From NCBI GenBank assembly GCA_001595915.1, contig LSSG01000032.1:23142-87141 (forward strand): a DNA stretch of 64,000 nt. Reading direction: 5' to 3'. A program made the translations under genes and the position numbers. The notes beneath the pieces were generated by a model. It searched no databases, was not told the DNA's origin, and was given only the letters and a program-made list of their open reading frames with translations. Of this stretch, positions 19,167 to 28,839 are shown in pieces. The DNA comes from Thermoplasmatales archaeon SG8-52-3. GTDB taxonomy: Archaea; Thermoplasmatota; E2; DHVEG-1. Numbering within the stretch: the first letter of the stretch is position 1; each line of letters starts with the position of its first letter.

Positions 19167-19769
19167 ATGTTCTATATGAGTCAAAATAAATATATAATTT
19201 CAAAGGAAGTAATGATTTACCTTAAACAAAAACCATTTGTGCTTGAAGCTCTAGAACAAGAAATAATAAATTACAGTGCTCTTGCAAGGAAAATCAAAAA
19301 AGATCTTGGTAATGTTAATTTTGAGGCAGTCAAAACAACAGTTATTCGAATTGCAAAAGATTTAAGAAGTAAAAAAAAGCAAAGGGAATTAAAAATAATA
19401 AGTCTTCTAAAAAAAGCTGATTTTTCAATTAATAACAAAATTGCTACAATTCATCATATATCTCCACTAAATATAGAATCAATTGCGTTTTCTAAAACAC
19501 CTAGTGGTTACATGTATTTTGTAAAGGAAAATATCGCAGAGAAATCAACCTTTAAAAAAATAGATTATGGCTATGCAATCATTCATATAAAAAGTCCAAA
19601 AGAAATTGAAGATACCCCTGGAGTTGCTGCATTTTTACTTTCAACTCTTGCCTCAGAAAATATAAATGTAGTTCATCTTATGGATTGCAGAGAAGATACT
19701 TTTTTAGTAATAAAAGAGTTTGATGCACCTCTCTCTTTTAGAGTTTTATCTGAAGCATTAAGGATTTAA
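19167..19769 (+). CDS. Archaeal ACT-domain protein with N-terminal helical (INYSALAR) domain
   Basis: INYSALARKI at the N-terminus and ACT motif TPGVAAFLLSTLASENINV at the C-terminus. Confidence 0.8.
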   Translation: MFYMSQNKYIISKEVMIYLKQKPFVLEALEQEIINYSALARKIKKDLGNVNFEAVKTTVIRIAKDLRSKKKQRELKIISLLKKADFSINNKIATIHHISPLNIESIAFSKTPSGYMYFVKENIAEKSTFKKIDYGYAIIHIKSPKEIEDTPGVAAFLLSTLASENINVVHLMDCREDTFLVIKEFDAPLSFRVLSEALRI

Positions 19770-19793
19770 TAAAACAAAAGAAAGAAGATAAGG

Positions 19794-21095
19794 TTATCTT
19801 CTTCTTATAAGATTTAATAACAGAGGTTGTCTTAGGTTTATTTTCCTTTTTTTAGTACTACCAGTAAGCAATCTATCGGTTTTGAAGACCCATACAACTA
19901 TAATAATCATTATTGATGCAAAGATAGAAACATAGATTATTCCGCTTATTACAAACATATAGTTTTCAAATATTAGTGCACGAGAGGCCATCATCGGATG
20001 GGAAAATGGTATTGCAAAGACAATTCCTTTCAGAGCTAATGGTAGAGTATCAAAATCAGCAAAAATAGTAAGAAACATTGGTATTAGAGCAAGCATTGTT
20101 ACTGGAAATGTAAGTGTTTGAGCGCTTTTATAATTTTTAGCAAATGTTCCAAGTAGCATACATAAGGAAAGCCCTGCGATGAGGGTGACAAATAGTGATA
20201 TACCTATAAAGAGGAAGTCTTGTGAATCAAGAACTAAACCATATTCAGCAAGGCTAATTCCACCTTCTGAAAATTGCAGACCTTGAAAATAAAAACTCAT
20301 ACCGATCATATAAATAATTGCAAGAATAAGACCTATTCCTGCAGCTGCAATAATTTTTCCAGTTACAATACTAGTTCGTTTTACAGGGAGTGTAAGCAGT
20401 GTTTCAAGTGTTTTATTTTCTTTTTCAAGTGCCATGGATGTAATTACTATACCTCCCGCCATTATTATAATCATCATTATTACAATTGGAATAAGCATTG
20501 ATTGAGATGATAACATACTAACAATAATATCTGGGGTGAGTCCTTTGAATTCACGATCTTTAAAATATGTAGTTTCAATATTTTTAGTTGGATTTAAAAC
20601 AAATGATGAATTAACAGATGAATTATCCTGTATTAATTCCTTTGAAAGGTTAGTATTGATATAATTAATTAAATACTGTAAAACTCCCGATGAAATCGTA
20701 TCCATTACTCCAGCACCTTTCATAATCCAATAGATTTCAATTTCACCAGGCGACTCATTTCGCATTTGCTTAGTAAAATTTTTCGGGATCACTATAAGCG
20801 CAACTCCATCTTTTTGTTTTAATTCATCTATTGCAATTTGTTTGTCATCAATTGATGTTGAATTAAAAATCACCTTTGAATTGTTATATAGAATTGAAGA
20901 AGTAATTGTAGCTAAAGTATCATCGTCTTCATTTATTAAACCAATAATTGGTTTTTCTTTTGCTTGTTCTTGAATTCCTTGTATACTATTTCCCATAGTT
21001 CCAAAAATAAGAGCAACTAAAATTATTGGTACAAATGTAGCTGGTGTAAATAATTCTTTAAATTCTTTTTTTATTATATTCCCTAGTCCACTCAT
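19794..21095 (-). CDS. ABC-2 type exporter permease (NatB-like)
   Basis: EKENKTLETLLTLPV...GK motif, large extracellular loop and multiple TMs. Confidence 0.9.
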   Translation of the reverse strand: MSGLGNIIKKEFKELFTPATFVPIILVALIFGTMGNSIQGIQEQAKEKPIIGLINEDDDTLATITSSILYNNSKVIFNSTSIDDKQIAIDELKQKDGVALIVIPKNFTKQMRNESPGEIEIYWIMKGAGVMDTISSGVLQYLINYINTNLSKELIQDNSSVNSSFVLNPTKNIETTYFKDREFKGLTPDIIVSMLSSQSMLIPIVIMMIIIMAGGIVITSMALEKENKTLETLLTLPVKRTSIVTGKIIAAAGIGLILAIIYMIGMSFYFQGLQFSEGGISLAEYGLVLDSQDFLFIGISLFVTLIAGLSLCMLLGTFAKNYKSAQTLTFPVTMLALIPMFLTIFADFDTLPLALKGIVFAIPFSHPMMASRALIFENYMFVISGIIYVSIFASIMIIIVVWVFKTDRLLTGSTKKRKINLRQPLLLNLIRRR

Positions 21096-21808
21096 TGCTT
21101 CACCACCTTTGTAAAAACCTCTTCTATGTTATTTGCATTATATTTATTCATCAAATCCTTTGGTTTTCCTCCTTCTACGATTTTTCCTTCAGATATGAGA
21201 GCAATACGTTCACAGAGATACTCAACTTCTAACATATTATGAGAGGAAAGCAAAATGGTTGTTCCAGCCTGAGCAGTATTTTTTACAAGTTTTCTTATCT
21301 CTTGGGCATTGATTACATCAAGTCCTGATGTGGGTTCATCAAGAATAGCAAGTTTTGGATTTATCATTAAAGCTCTGCCAACAAGAAGTCTCCGCATCAT
21401 ACCTTTGCTATATGTGTCAACTCTATCATCGATTCTCTCATCAAGATCGGCTATTTCAATTCCTTTTTCAACCATCTGTTGATTTTTTTTAGGATCAAAA
21501 AAATTTGCTATAAATTGTAGATATGATCTGCCTGTTAGATTCTTATATGCACCAGCATCCTCCGGGAGGTAGCTTATAATTTTCCGTATCTTATCAGCAT
21601 CTTTTTCAATATCATAATCCATAATTTTAATAGAACCAGAATTTATCTTAAGTAAAGTTGAAATAATTCTTAATACCGTTGTTTTTCCTGCACCATTTGG
21701 TCCAATTAAACCAAAAATTTCCCCTTCATTAACATTAAATGATATACCTTTAACAGCTTCAATCTTACCATAATTTTTTACGAGATTTTTTACCTCAATA
21801 GTTATCAT
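21092..21808 (-). CDS. ABC exporter ATP-binding subunit
   Basis: GPNGAGKT, YSKGM, LDEPTSGLD and SSH motifs. Confidence 0.95.
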   Translation of the reverse strand: MITIEVKNLVKNYGKIEAVKGISFNVNEGEIFGLIGPNGAGKTTVLRIISTLLKINSGSIKIMDYDIEKDADKIRKIISYLPEDAGAYKNLTGRSYLQFIANFFDPKKNQQMVEKGIEIADLDERIDDRVDTYSKGMMRRLLVGRALMINPKLAILDEPTSGLDVINAQEIRKLVKNTAQAGTTILLSSHNMLEVEYLCERIALISEGKIVEGGKPKDLMNKYNANNIEEVFTKVVKQ

Positions 21809-21830
21809 AAATTTTTTTCACCTTTTATTC

Positions 21831-22145
21831 TTAATGTGTTTTTACAGCTGTCCCAAAGGCAATAATTTCAGCAGCACTTCCCATAGTTTGGGCTGTTGCA
21901 AATCTCATACAAATTACTGCATCCGCATCTAGATTTTTTGCATCATCAATCATTCTTTGCATAGCAGTTCTTCTTGCCTCTTCCATAAGTTCAGTATAAG
22001 GCTTGCTTTCACCACCAATAATTGTTCTTCCAGCTGCTCTTAAATCCTTTCCTATATGCTTCATTTGTACGCAGCAGCCAAAAACAATTCCTAATACTTC
22101 TTTTGCCTCTCTTCCAGGTATATTTTCAGTTGTTGTAACCATCAT
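21831..22145 (-). CDS. YbjQ/UPF0145 family protein
   Basis: TTENIPG, GGE...Y and AEIIAFGTAV motifs. Confidence 0.9.
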   Translation of the reverse strand: MMVTTTENIPGREAKEVLGIVFGCCVQMKHIGKDLRAAGRTIIGGESKPYTELMEEARRTAMQRMIDDAKNLDADAVICMRFATAQTMGSAAEIIAFGTAVKTH

Positions 22146-22156
22146 ATTTTATACCT

Positions 22157-22333
22157 TCACTTTTTATTTTTAAACTTATTTTTAATATATTCTTTTTGAA
22201 TCTCATCAGCAATTTTTCCATCATCGATAATAAATGCACCAAAATAACCACAATCCTTGCATTCATATTTTTGCATATCTTGAGGTATTGGACTATAAAT
22301 TCTTTTTGAACCACATTTTGGACAAAACTTCAT
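22157..22333 (-). CDS. Unannotated 58-aa zinc-ribbon protein (MKFCPKCGS...YECKDCGY)
   Basis: Manual translation shows two CxxC pairs; SD-like AGGTGA upstream; below the ORF-track length cutoff. Confidence 0.8.
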   Translation of the reverse strand: MKFCPKCGSKRIYSPIPQDMQKYECKDCGYFGAFIIDDGKIADEIQKEYIKNKFKNKK

Positions 22334-22408
22334 TTCTCTATCATCACCTTTTTATTTTGTTCTAATATTATTCTTTATTACATTGTATTTTTTTTCTATC
22401 CTTATTAC

Positions 22409-22624
22409 CTATTTATATGCAAATCCACATTTTGCGCAACTATATGTTTTTCCATCAAATCGAAGTTTTTCACTTCCACAGTCAGGGCATGTCCCTAATA
22501 CTCGTTCTTCAAGTGCTTTCAATCTATTTAATTCCCTTTCAGCAAGTTGTGATAGATTTATCCAAGGATTTTCTTTCCACCATTTCCAGATTTCATCACT
22601 TATTGTTATAGTTACCTTTTTCAT
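22409..22624 (-). CDS. Ribbon-helix-helix (CopG/CcdA-like) domain fused to a zinc ribbon, probable regulator
   Basis: MKKVTITISDEIW...INLSQLAE is an RHH pattern, followed by CPDC and CAKC. Likely start is ATG 22624. Confidence 0.7.
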   Translation of the reverse strand: MKKVTITISDEIWKWWKENPWINLSQLAERELNRLKALEERVLGTCPDCGSEKLRFDGKTYSCAKCGFAYK

Positions 22625-22625
22625 C

Positions 22626-23960
22626 CTAGGTTTCACCTTTTATAAATTCTATCATATCCATGATTACTTCTTCTGCTACATGACCTTCAATTAAATATTC
22701 AGTATTTGTGGGAGTTCCAACACCCGCAATAAATAAATGATTTAGATTTTCATATGTTTTTAAAAATACATTTAAATCATCTGAAAAAGTAGCGTTCCAA
22801 ATAGTAAAGTCATCTTCATAGGTAACTTGATAATCTCTAAGACCTTGAACAATCATAATTGGAATTGAAAGATTTTCTGCTGTATGTACTGGATCATAGC
22901 TTGATAAATACTCCCAATAAGACTTATAGGCTCCTAATACCAGTTCATCATCACTAATATTTAGTGACTTAATTTTAGCAATGGATTGATTAATCATGTT
23001 AATATTTTCTTGCTCTGTATTATCAATTACACCATCAAGTTCAGCTAGATATATCGTCTGATCATAGATTAGATCCTCAAGATTTCTTACTGGTGATGCA
23101 AGCATAATAATAGCTGAAACATCATAATTATTTAATGCAATTTGAGGAGCAGTCATTGCACCAAGACTATGACCTAAAACAAAAATCTTACTTTTATCTA
23201 CCTTTTCATAAGTTTTTAATAAATCAATTGCAGAATTAACATCATCAATTATTTCTTCTTCAAGAGTTAAATTCTTTAATGCCCCTGTCTCTTCAGGATA
23301 TACTTTTGTTCTTTTATCATATCTTAAAACAATAATATCATTAGATGCAAGACCCCAAGAAATATCCTTAAATGGTTTATTAACACCAATTGTTTCGTCT
23401 CTATCTGAAGGACCTGAACCTTGAACAAGAACAATACAGGGAAATGGTCCTTCATCATTTGGAATTGATATTGTTCCAGGAAGCTCCCAAGGATCTTCTC
23501 CAATTATTACCTCTGAATCTGTAAAGTTTGAAATATCTACATAGCTGGGTGTTGAGTAAGTTTTTATTGGTTCAATTTTTTCAGTCCAAAAACCAGATAT
23601 TTCTTTTGTTTGATCAAACACAATTTTGAAAATTATATAGTAATTACTTGAAAAAGTACAATTTGCAAAAATTATATTATAACCTTCTTCAATAGATTCT
23701 GAGGTGTCTTCTATTGATTGAAAATCACCATATAAATTCAAAATTGTGTTCCAAGTATTTTCAAATTGAATTAAACTAAATTGATTTTTCATTTCTGGAC
23801 TGAAATAAGTATAAGCAACATTCAATTTTTCCTGTTTAATTTCAGTTAAAAATTCTATTGCAATTTCTGAAATTGTTTTTTCTTCTTGTTCTTCAATACA
23901 TCCTGAGAATAATGATACTATAGCAAGTATTACAATTATTATTATAATTGCTTTTTTCAT
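22626..23960 (-). CDS. Lipoprotein-like alpha/beta hydrolase with N-terminal DUF3887-like domain
   Basis: Signal ending FSGC, VQGSGPSDRDE, GHSLG nucleophile, DYQV and NHLF. Confidence 0.85.
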   Translation of the reverse strand: MKKAIIIIIVILAIVSLFSGCIEEQEEKTISEIAIEFLTEIKQEKLNVAYTYFSPEMKNQFSLIQFENTWNTILNLYGDFQSIEDTSESIEEGYNIIFANCTFSSNYYIIFKIVFDQTKEISGFWTEKIEPIKTYSTPSYVDISNFTDSEVIIGEDPWELPGTISIPNDEGPFPCIVLVQGSGPSDRDETIGVNKPFKDISWGLASNDIIVLRYDKRTKVYPEETGALKNLTLEEEIIDDVNSAIDLLKTYEKVDKSKIFVLGHSLGAMTAPQIALNNYDVSAIIMLASPVRNLEDLIYDQTIYLAELDGVIDNTEQENINMINQSIAKIKSLNISDDELVLGAYKSYWEYLSSYDPVHTAENLSIPIMIVQGLRDYQVTYEDDFTIWNATFSDDLNVFLKTYENLNHLFIAGVGTPTNTEYLIEGHVAEEVIMDMIEFIKGET

Positions 23961-23972
23961 TTTATTTTCCTC

Positions 23973-24164
23973 TTAATTTGGAACCCTATATATTAAACTC
24001 AAAATCATCAATATTATTCCAACAATAATAGCAATTATTGCTTTAAATCTTGGACTGCCGGGTGCATTAATCCATCTGGCAAAATTTGGATTTAAAAATG
24101 CACCAATTCCAAATAATAATACGATGAGTCCAATAATAATAAGAACTATATTTACTGTTTCCAT
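23973..24164 (-). CDS. Small two-TM membrane protein
   Basis: Two hydrophobic helices; tight operonic spacing. Confidence 0.65.
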   Translation of the reverse strand: METVNIVLIIIGLIVLLFGIGAFLNPNFARWINAPGSPRFKAIIAIIVGIILMILSLIYRVPN

Positions 24165-24169
24165 TGTAT

Positions 24170-24484
24170 CTATTTAAGTTTTACAGCAGTTCCATATGCA
24201 AGAATTTCTGCAGCACCGCCCATTATCGAGGAGGTCATAAAACGAACATTTATTACTGCATCAGCACCCATTTTTTTTGCTTTATCTTCCATTCTTTTTA
24301 ATGCGATTTCTCTAGATTCAGCAAGCATCTCAGTATATTCCTTAATTTCACCACCTACCATATGTCGAAAACCTGCTTTTATGTCTTTACCTATACTTTT
24401 TGCTTGAATAGTATTTCCTCTTACTAAACCTAAAATTTCCTTTATTTCTTTACCAATTACAAAATCAGTATTTACTATTATCAT
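24170..24484 (-). CDS. YbjQ/UPF0145 family protein, second copy
   Basis: GGEIKEYT, GADAVINVRF and EILAYGTAV motifs. Confidence 0.92.
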   Translation of the reverse strand: MIIVNTDFVIGKEIKEILGLVRGNTIQAKSIGKDIKAGFRHMVGGEIKEYTEMLAESREIALKRMEDKAKKMGADAVINVRFMTSSIMGGAAEILAYGTAVKLK

Positions 24485-24720
24485 GGTTCTAAATCCTCCT
24501 TTTTGATTTCTTCTTTCATTTTTTTTGTATCTCTTCGTTGTTCAAATATAATTGAAACAATTAGTACTATTAGACCAATTATAATCAGCCCTGCGACAAA
24601 TCCTGTCACAATGTCTATTGCTTGCATTATTTCTTCAAAACCTAGGTATAATCCATATCCAATCCATATAATTATACCAGCTACCAACAAAATCAATCCA
24701 ATTGTGGATCCTTTTTTCAT
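24481..24720 (-). CDS. Small two-TM membrane protein with basic tail
   Basis: Two TMs; ATGA overlap with the ybjQ-like gene. Confidence 0.7.
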   Translation of the reverse strand: MKKGSTIGLILLVAGIIIWIGYGLYLGFEEIMQAIDIVTGFVAGLIIIGLIVLIVSIIFEQRRDTKKMKEEIKKEDLEP

Positions 24721-24734
24721 ATATTCACATCCTA

Positions 24735-24761
24735 AATACGTTTTAATACGTGTTAATACGT
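24735..24761 (-). promoter_or_regulatory. Three AATACGT direct repeats at 10-bp period, probable operator
   Basis: AATACGT at 24735, 24745 and 24755, between a minus-strand TTTAAATA box (about 24782-24775) and the ATG at 24720. Confidence 0.7.
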
Positions 24762-24869
24762 ATATATTATGTGTATTTAAAATTATCGATTAAGATGGCT
24801 TTGCAAAATAAAAACATATTTAGCACTTTTATTCATTTTCTATCTTAATTTAAAAGTTAATTTAACCAA

Positions 24870-25946
24870 TTAATTGGTATTTATAATCTTAAAACAGTCA
24901 GCCTGAGTAAATCCTGGAATACTTTGGAGATTACTTCCAATAAAAGGTAAACTTGTTATTTCACTCTTAAATAAACGTGGAATTACTATATTCTTAAACG
25001 GTAAATGATTGTAAATTTTTGATAAAATAAACATTCTACTCAAATCTCTTGTGAATCGTTTAAATTCTTGCATTCCTCTTTTTTTAGAAACTATTGTCAT
25101 AGCAGCAATCTTTCCTGAAATTAATGCACTGTTTACTCCAAAACCAAAGAAAGGATCATGAAAACCACTTAATGCACCAGCTAAAACAAAAGTTTTTCCA
25201 TGAATCTTTTTTAATAAACAAATTTTTTCTGGAATATTATCATTAATTATAAACCATTTATTAAACTCCAAATTTTGAGTTTCTTTAAGCTTTTTTTTAA
25301 ATTTTTTAAAATATCTTTCATACGGCTGATTCAGAAAAAAATCTATTTCGGCTGAAACTAAATTTTCTTTTGCAGCAATATATGCATAGCCATAACCGCC
25401 AATATAAGAATCAAAATATGCAAGACAAAAATTTTCCTTATTTCCTTTTTTAATGCAACTATCATAATGAATGAATGGAATATGGCGAAGTTTCAAATGC
25501 TTACTTAAACCTGAAGGATTTCCTGTTGCAATAATTGAATTATCAGGAATTGATTTTATTATATTTGGGTTCAATTGATAAGAAAATTCAAAGTTCACTC
25601 CTTCTCTTTTAGCAATTTTAAATAAATAATAATCAAGCGATGTTTTATTAGGACCACGTTCAGTTAAATAAAGATATTTTGGATCAAATTGGACAATTTT
25701 TGAATATATATATGCTTTAAATTTTTTCAATTCTGAAAAACATGGTTCAACATCAAATCCAATATATTCTTTCATTTTTTTAAAATGAATTGGAGTCATA
25801 TGTACAGATGGGTTACATTTTTCAAGTCCCCCAATTCTTTTCTCTTTTTCAAATACAGTAACGTTATAGCCTTTTCTAGCAAGATTTATTGCAGCAGTTA
25901 AACCAGATAATCCTGCCCCATAAATGTTAATAAATTTTTCCTCCAA
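24870..25946 (-). CDS. FAD-dependent oxidoreductase, geranylgeranyl-reductase-like
   Basis: GAGLSG...FEK Rossmann motif, GYGY and AGALSGFHDPFFGFGVNSAL. Confidence 0.75.
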   Translation of the reverse strand: MEEKFINIYGAGLSGLTAAINLARKGYNVTVFEKEKRIGGLEKCNPSVHMTPIHFKKMKEYIGFDVEPCFSELKKFKAYIYSKIVQFDPKYLYLTERGPNKTSLDYYLFKIAKREGVNFEFSYQLNPNIIKSIPDNSIIATGNPSGLSKHLKLRHIPFIHYDSCIKKGNKENFCLAYFDSYIGGYGYAYIAAKENLVSAEIDFFLNQPYERYFKKFKKKLKETQNLEFNKWFIINDNIPEKICLLKKIHGKTFVLAGALSGFHDPFFGFGVNSALISGKIAAMTIVSKKRGMQEFKRFTRDLSRMFILSKIYNHLPFKNIVIPRLFKSEITSLPFIGSNLQSIPGFTQADCFKIINTN

Positions 25947-26068
25947 CTATCATTAAGTTATTATGTTATTATTATTAAAAACCTCTTTAAATAAAAAAAT
26001 TTACATTAACTTATTTTTTTCATTATTAAACAAATGCTTATATCGATGTAATATTTACTTCTAAGATT

Positions 26069-26935
26069 ATGAAGGATAGAAATTCTGAAGATTTCTACCT
26101 AAAAAATTGGACACTTTTAGTAAAATTATTGAGGGTGGATAAAACCAATTGTATACATCATGGTTATTACGAAAAAGGAATTCGAACTCATATACAATCC
26201 GTTCTAAACATGAATGATTTTATAGCTCGCCTTCTTGAAATTAATTCAAATGATAAACAAACTAAAAAGATATTGGATGCAGGATGTGGAATTGGTGGAA
26301 CCGCAATATATCTAGCAAAAAAATATTCTCATATTAATTTTATAGGGATAACAAATGTCTCAAAACATATTGAAATGGCAAAAATTCTTGCAAAAGAAAA
26401 CAATGTAATTTTTAACACAGATTTTATTTTAAAGGATTTTATTAAAACTGGTTTTCCATCTAATCAATTTGATGCAATATATTTACTTGAGTCTTCTTGT
26501 TATGCTTTTAATAAAAACATTTTACTCCACGAAATGTATCGCATTTTAAAACCCGGAGGTGTTCTTGTAATTATTGATGTTTTTCTTACCAATGTTAAGT
26601 TTAATCCGTTTCTTAAGATAATTTATATATGGTTTTGTAAAGGATGGGGGCTTAAAAATCTTATAAAATTAGTGAAATTTAGCGACTCTTTAACAACCGA
26701 GGGTTTTCAAAACATAGAAACTATAGATCTAACAAAGAATGTAATGCGTACAATATTACGAGGAGATATTATTAGTATACCCTATCTATTTTCAACTATA
26801 ATAAATAAAATTATTCAAGGAAAAAATTACCAAATTGAAAAAGACTCAAATTTCCTTGCTATAGTACCAGTTTTAACTTCAATCCTTGGAATTAAAAAAG
26901 CTATTTCATATAATGCTATTACTGCAATTAAATAA
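26069..26935 (+). CDS. SAM-dependent methyltransferase (tocopherol/sterol-MT-like)
   Basis: IHHGYY, ILDAGCGIGG, FDAIYLLES and LKPGG motifs. Confidence 0.8.
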   Translation: MKDRNSEDFYLKNWTLLVKLLRVDKTNCIHHGYYEKGIRTHIQSVLNMNDFIARLLEINSNDKQTKKILDAGCGIGGTAIYLAKKYSHINFIGITNVSKHIEMAKILAKENNVIFNTDFILKDFIKTGFPSNQFDAIYLLESSCYAFNKNILLHEMYRILKPGGVLVIIDVFLTNVKFNPFLKIIYIWFCKGWGLKNLIKLVKFSDSLTTEGFQNIETIDLTKNVMRTILRGDIISIPYLFSTIINKIIQGKNYQIEKDSNFLAIVPVLTSILGIKKAISYNAITAIK

Positions 26936-27128
26936 AAAAGGGAATTATAATTTTATCAGTAGAGATGGATTTTTAATCAATTCTAATTGTTTAAAGCAAT
27001 ACTTCTCTTTTAAAATAAGATATATAATTCAAAACAGAGTTAGTTTAAAACTCTAAACAATTGATTTTAACTTATTTTACAATTTTTATTTTTTACAATA
27101 CATTTAAATTTGATTATCCTATTATTAT

Positions 27129-28817
27129 ATGAATATTAAGGGAGGAATAAAAGTGGAAAAAATTATTTCACAAAAGATATTAATTTTTGGAATAATATTG
27201 ATGCTGATATTTTCTTTTGGACCAATGATATCTTCTGGTAATTCAAATATCATTAATAGCAAACAACCAGATATTACCACTAATTTGAATGAAAAAAAAC
27301 AAATTTATTTTTTTGAGGAATCCCAAAATCAGAATGGAGGTTCATTTGAAAAAAAGATAAAAACAGGATATAATTATCCTGAAACCGCCTTTGTATGTGG
27401 ATTTGTATCTGACAAAGACACAGATTTACCTATTGAAAATGTAGAAGTTTTCCTTTTTGGAGAAGATGATGAAGGTAATTATTGGTATAATTATTCATAC
27501 ACAAACACATCTGGGTATTATGGAATGCATACATCAGCAGGATATATTTACTTGAGTTTTTATAGAAATGAATATTTTAGTGAATACATAGACAATATAG
27601 TTATAGATCCTTATGATATATTATGGTTTAATGTTTCTCTAACTCCAATTCCTCCAGTAACGGTTACAGTCTGTGGTTATATTAAAAACAAGATAACCGA
27701 AGAACCTATTCCAAATGTATTTGTAGATCTAGATTGGTATGACGATTATGGGCATTCGTGGGACAATGACTCATATACAAATATTTCTGGATTTTATAAG
27801 ATGGGTGCTCCAGCTGGGGATATTAAAATTGATGCTCATCCAGATGGATATTATTATTGTGAATCAGATTGGTATAATGCTAATGAGAATCAAACAATTT
27901 GGATTAATCTATCATTACAACCAATACCTCCTCAGACTGCTATTGTTTTTGGCTATATTACAGATAAGATGAGTGGTGAACCGATTGAGGATGCTGATAT
28001 TCAACTTTATTGGCGAGATGAAGAAGGTAATTATGATTATAATTATACTGATACAGATGGTTGGGGATTTTATAAAATTTATACCAATCCTGGAAGAATT
28101 AGAATTCGTGCATATAAAACAAATTATGAATATGAATATTCTGAATATTATTGGATTGAAGATAATCAAACAATCTGGATTAATCTCTCATTAAATTTCG
28201 AACCTGATGAAACATTGGCCGCTTGTGGATATGTTGTTGATACTGTTACCCTTGCACCTGTAAAATATGCTTATGTTAGATATGATTGGAAAGATGATGA
28301 AGGTCATATGTACAGTAAATATACACATTGTGATAAAGCAGGATATTATTTTATCAATGTACCTCCTGGCTCAGCACAGTTCCTAATTACAAGTTTTGGT
28401 TACGAAGAATTTGAAACATCTTGGTTTGATTTTAATGAATCAAAAGCTATAACATGGATTAATATCTCAATTTCGCCCCAAATTACAATTCAAATAGATA
28501 AGCCATTACCTGGTCTATATATCAATAATAATCTCAAAACACCATTTCTTTCAAAGATTTTTAAATTTTTAATACCAAATATTAAACCATTAATTATTGG
28601 ACCTATAACAATTGAAGCAAATATAACTAAGAATACTTCAGGTGTTAACCGAGTTGATTTTTATATTGATGGTGTCTTTCAGAAATCAGATAATATTGAA
28701 CCGTACAATTTTACCTGGAATAAAACTGCATTATTTACCCATACGATAAAAGTGATAGCATATGATAATGCAGGTACAATTAATATCAAAACACTAAGGA
28801 TTAGAAGATTAACATAA
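27129..28817 (+). CDS. Secreted protein with four carboxypeptidase-regulatory-like repeats and a C-terminal Ig-like domain
   Basis: Signal peptide, four roughly 90-aa repeats starting (C/F)G(F/Y)(V/I) and C-terminal VDFYIDG...PYNFTW. Confidence 0.75.
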   Translation: MNIKGGIKVEKIISQKILIFGIILMLIFSFGPMISSGNSNIINSKQPDITTNLNEKKQIYFFEESQNQNGGSFEKKIKTGYNYPETAFVCGFVSDKDTDLPIENVEVFLFGEDDEGNYWYNYSYTNTSGYYGMHTSAGYIYLSFYRNEYFSEYIDNIVIDPYDILWFNVSLTPIPPVTVTVCGYIKNKITEEPIPNVFVDLDWYDDYGHSWDNDSYTNISGFYKMGAPAGDIKIDAHPDGYYYCESDWYNANENQTIWINLSLQPIPPQTAIVFGYITDKMSGEPIEDADIQLYWRDEEGNYDYNYTDTDGWGFYKIYTNPGRIRIRAYKTNYEYEYSEYYWIEDNQTIWINLSLNFEPDETLAACGYVVDTVTLAPVKYAYVRYDWKDDEGHMYSKYTHCDKAGYYFINVPPGSAQFLITSFGYEEFETSWFDFNESKAITWINISISPQITIQIDKPLPGLYINNNLKTPFLSKIFKFLIPNIKPLIIGPITIEANITKNTSGVNRVDFYIDGVFQKSDNIEPYNFTWNKTALFTHTIKVIAYDNAGTINIKTLRIRRLT

Positions 28818-28839
28818 AAATCCTTTTTTTTCTTTTATT

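Noticed and set aside
22126..22314. 62-aa ORF in the track
   Set aside because: Shadow frame of the zinc-ribbon gene at 22157..22333, which has motifs and an SD.
24870..24925. PGF tripeptide near the oxidoreductase C-terminus as a PGF-CTERM signal
   Set aside because: No following TM helix or basic cluster, and no signal peptide.
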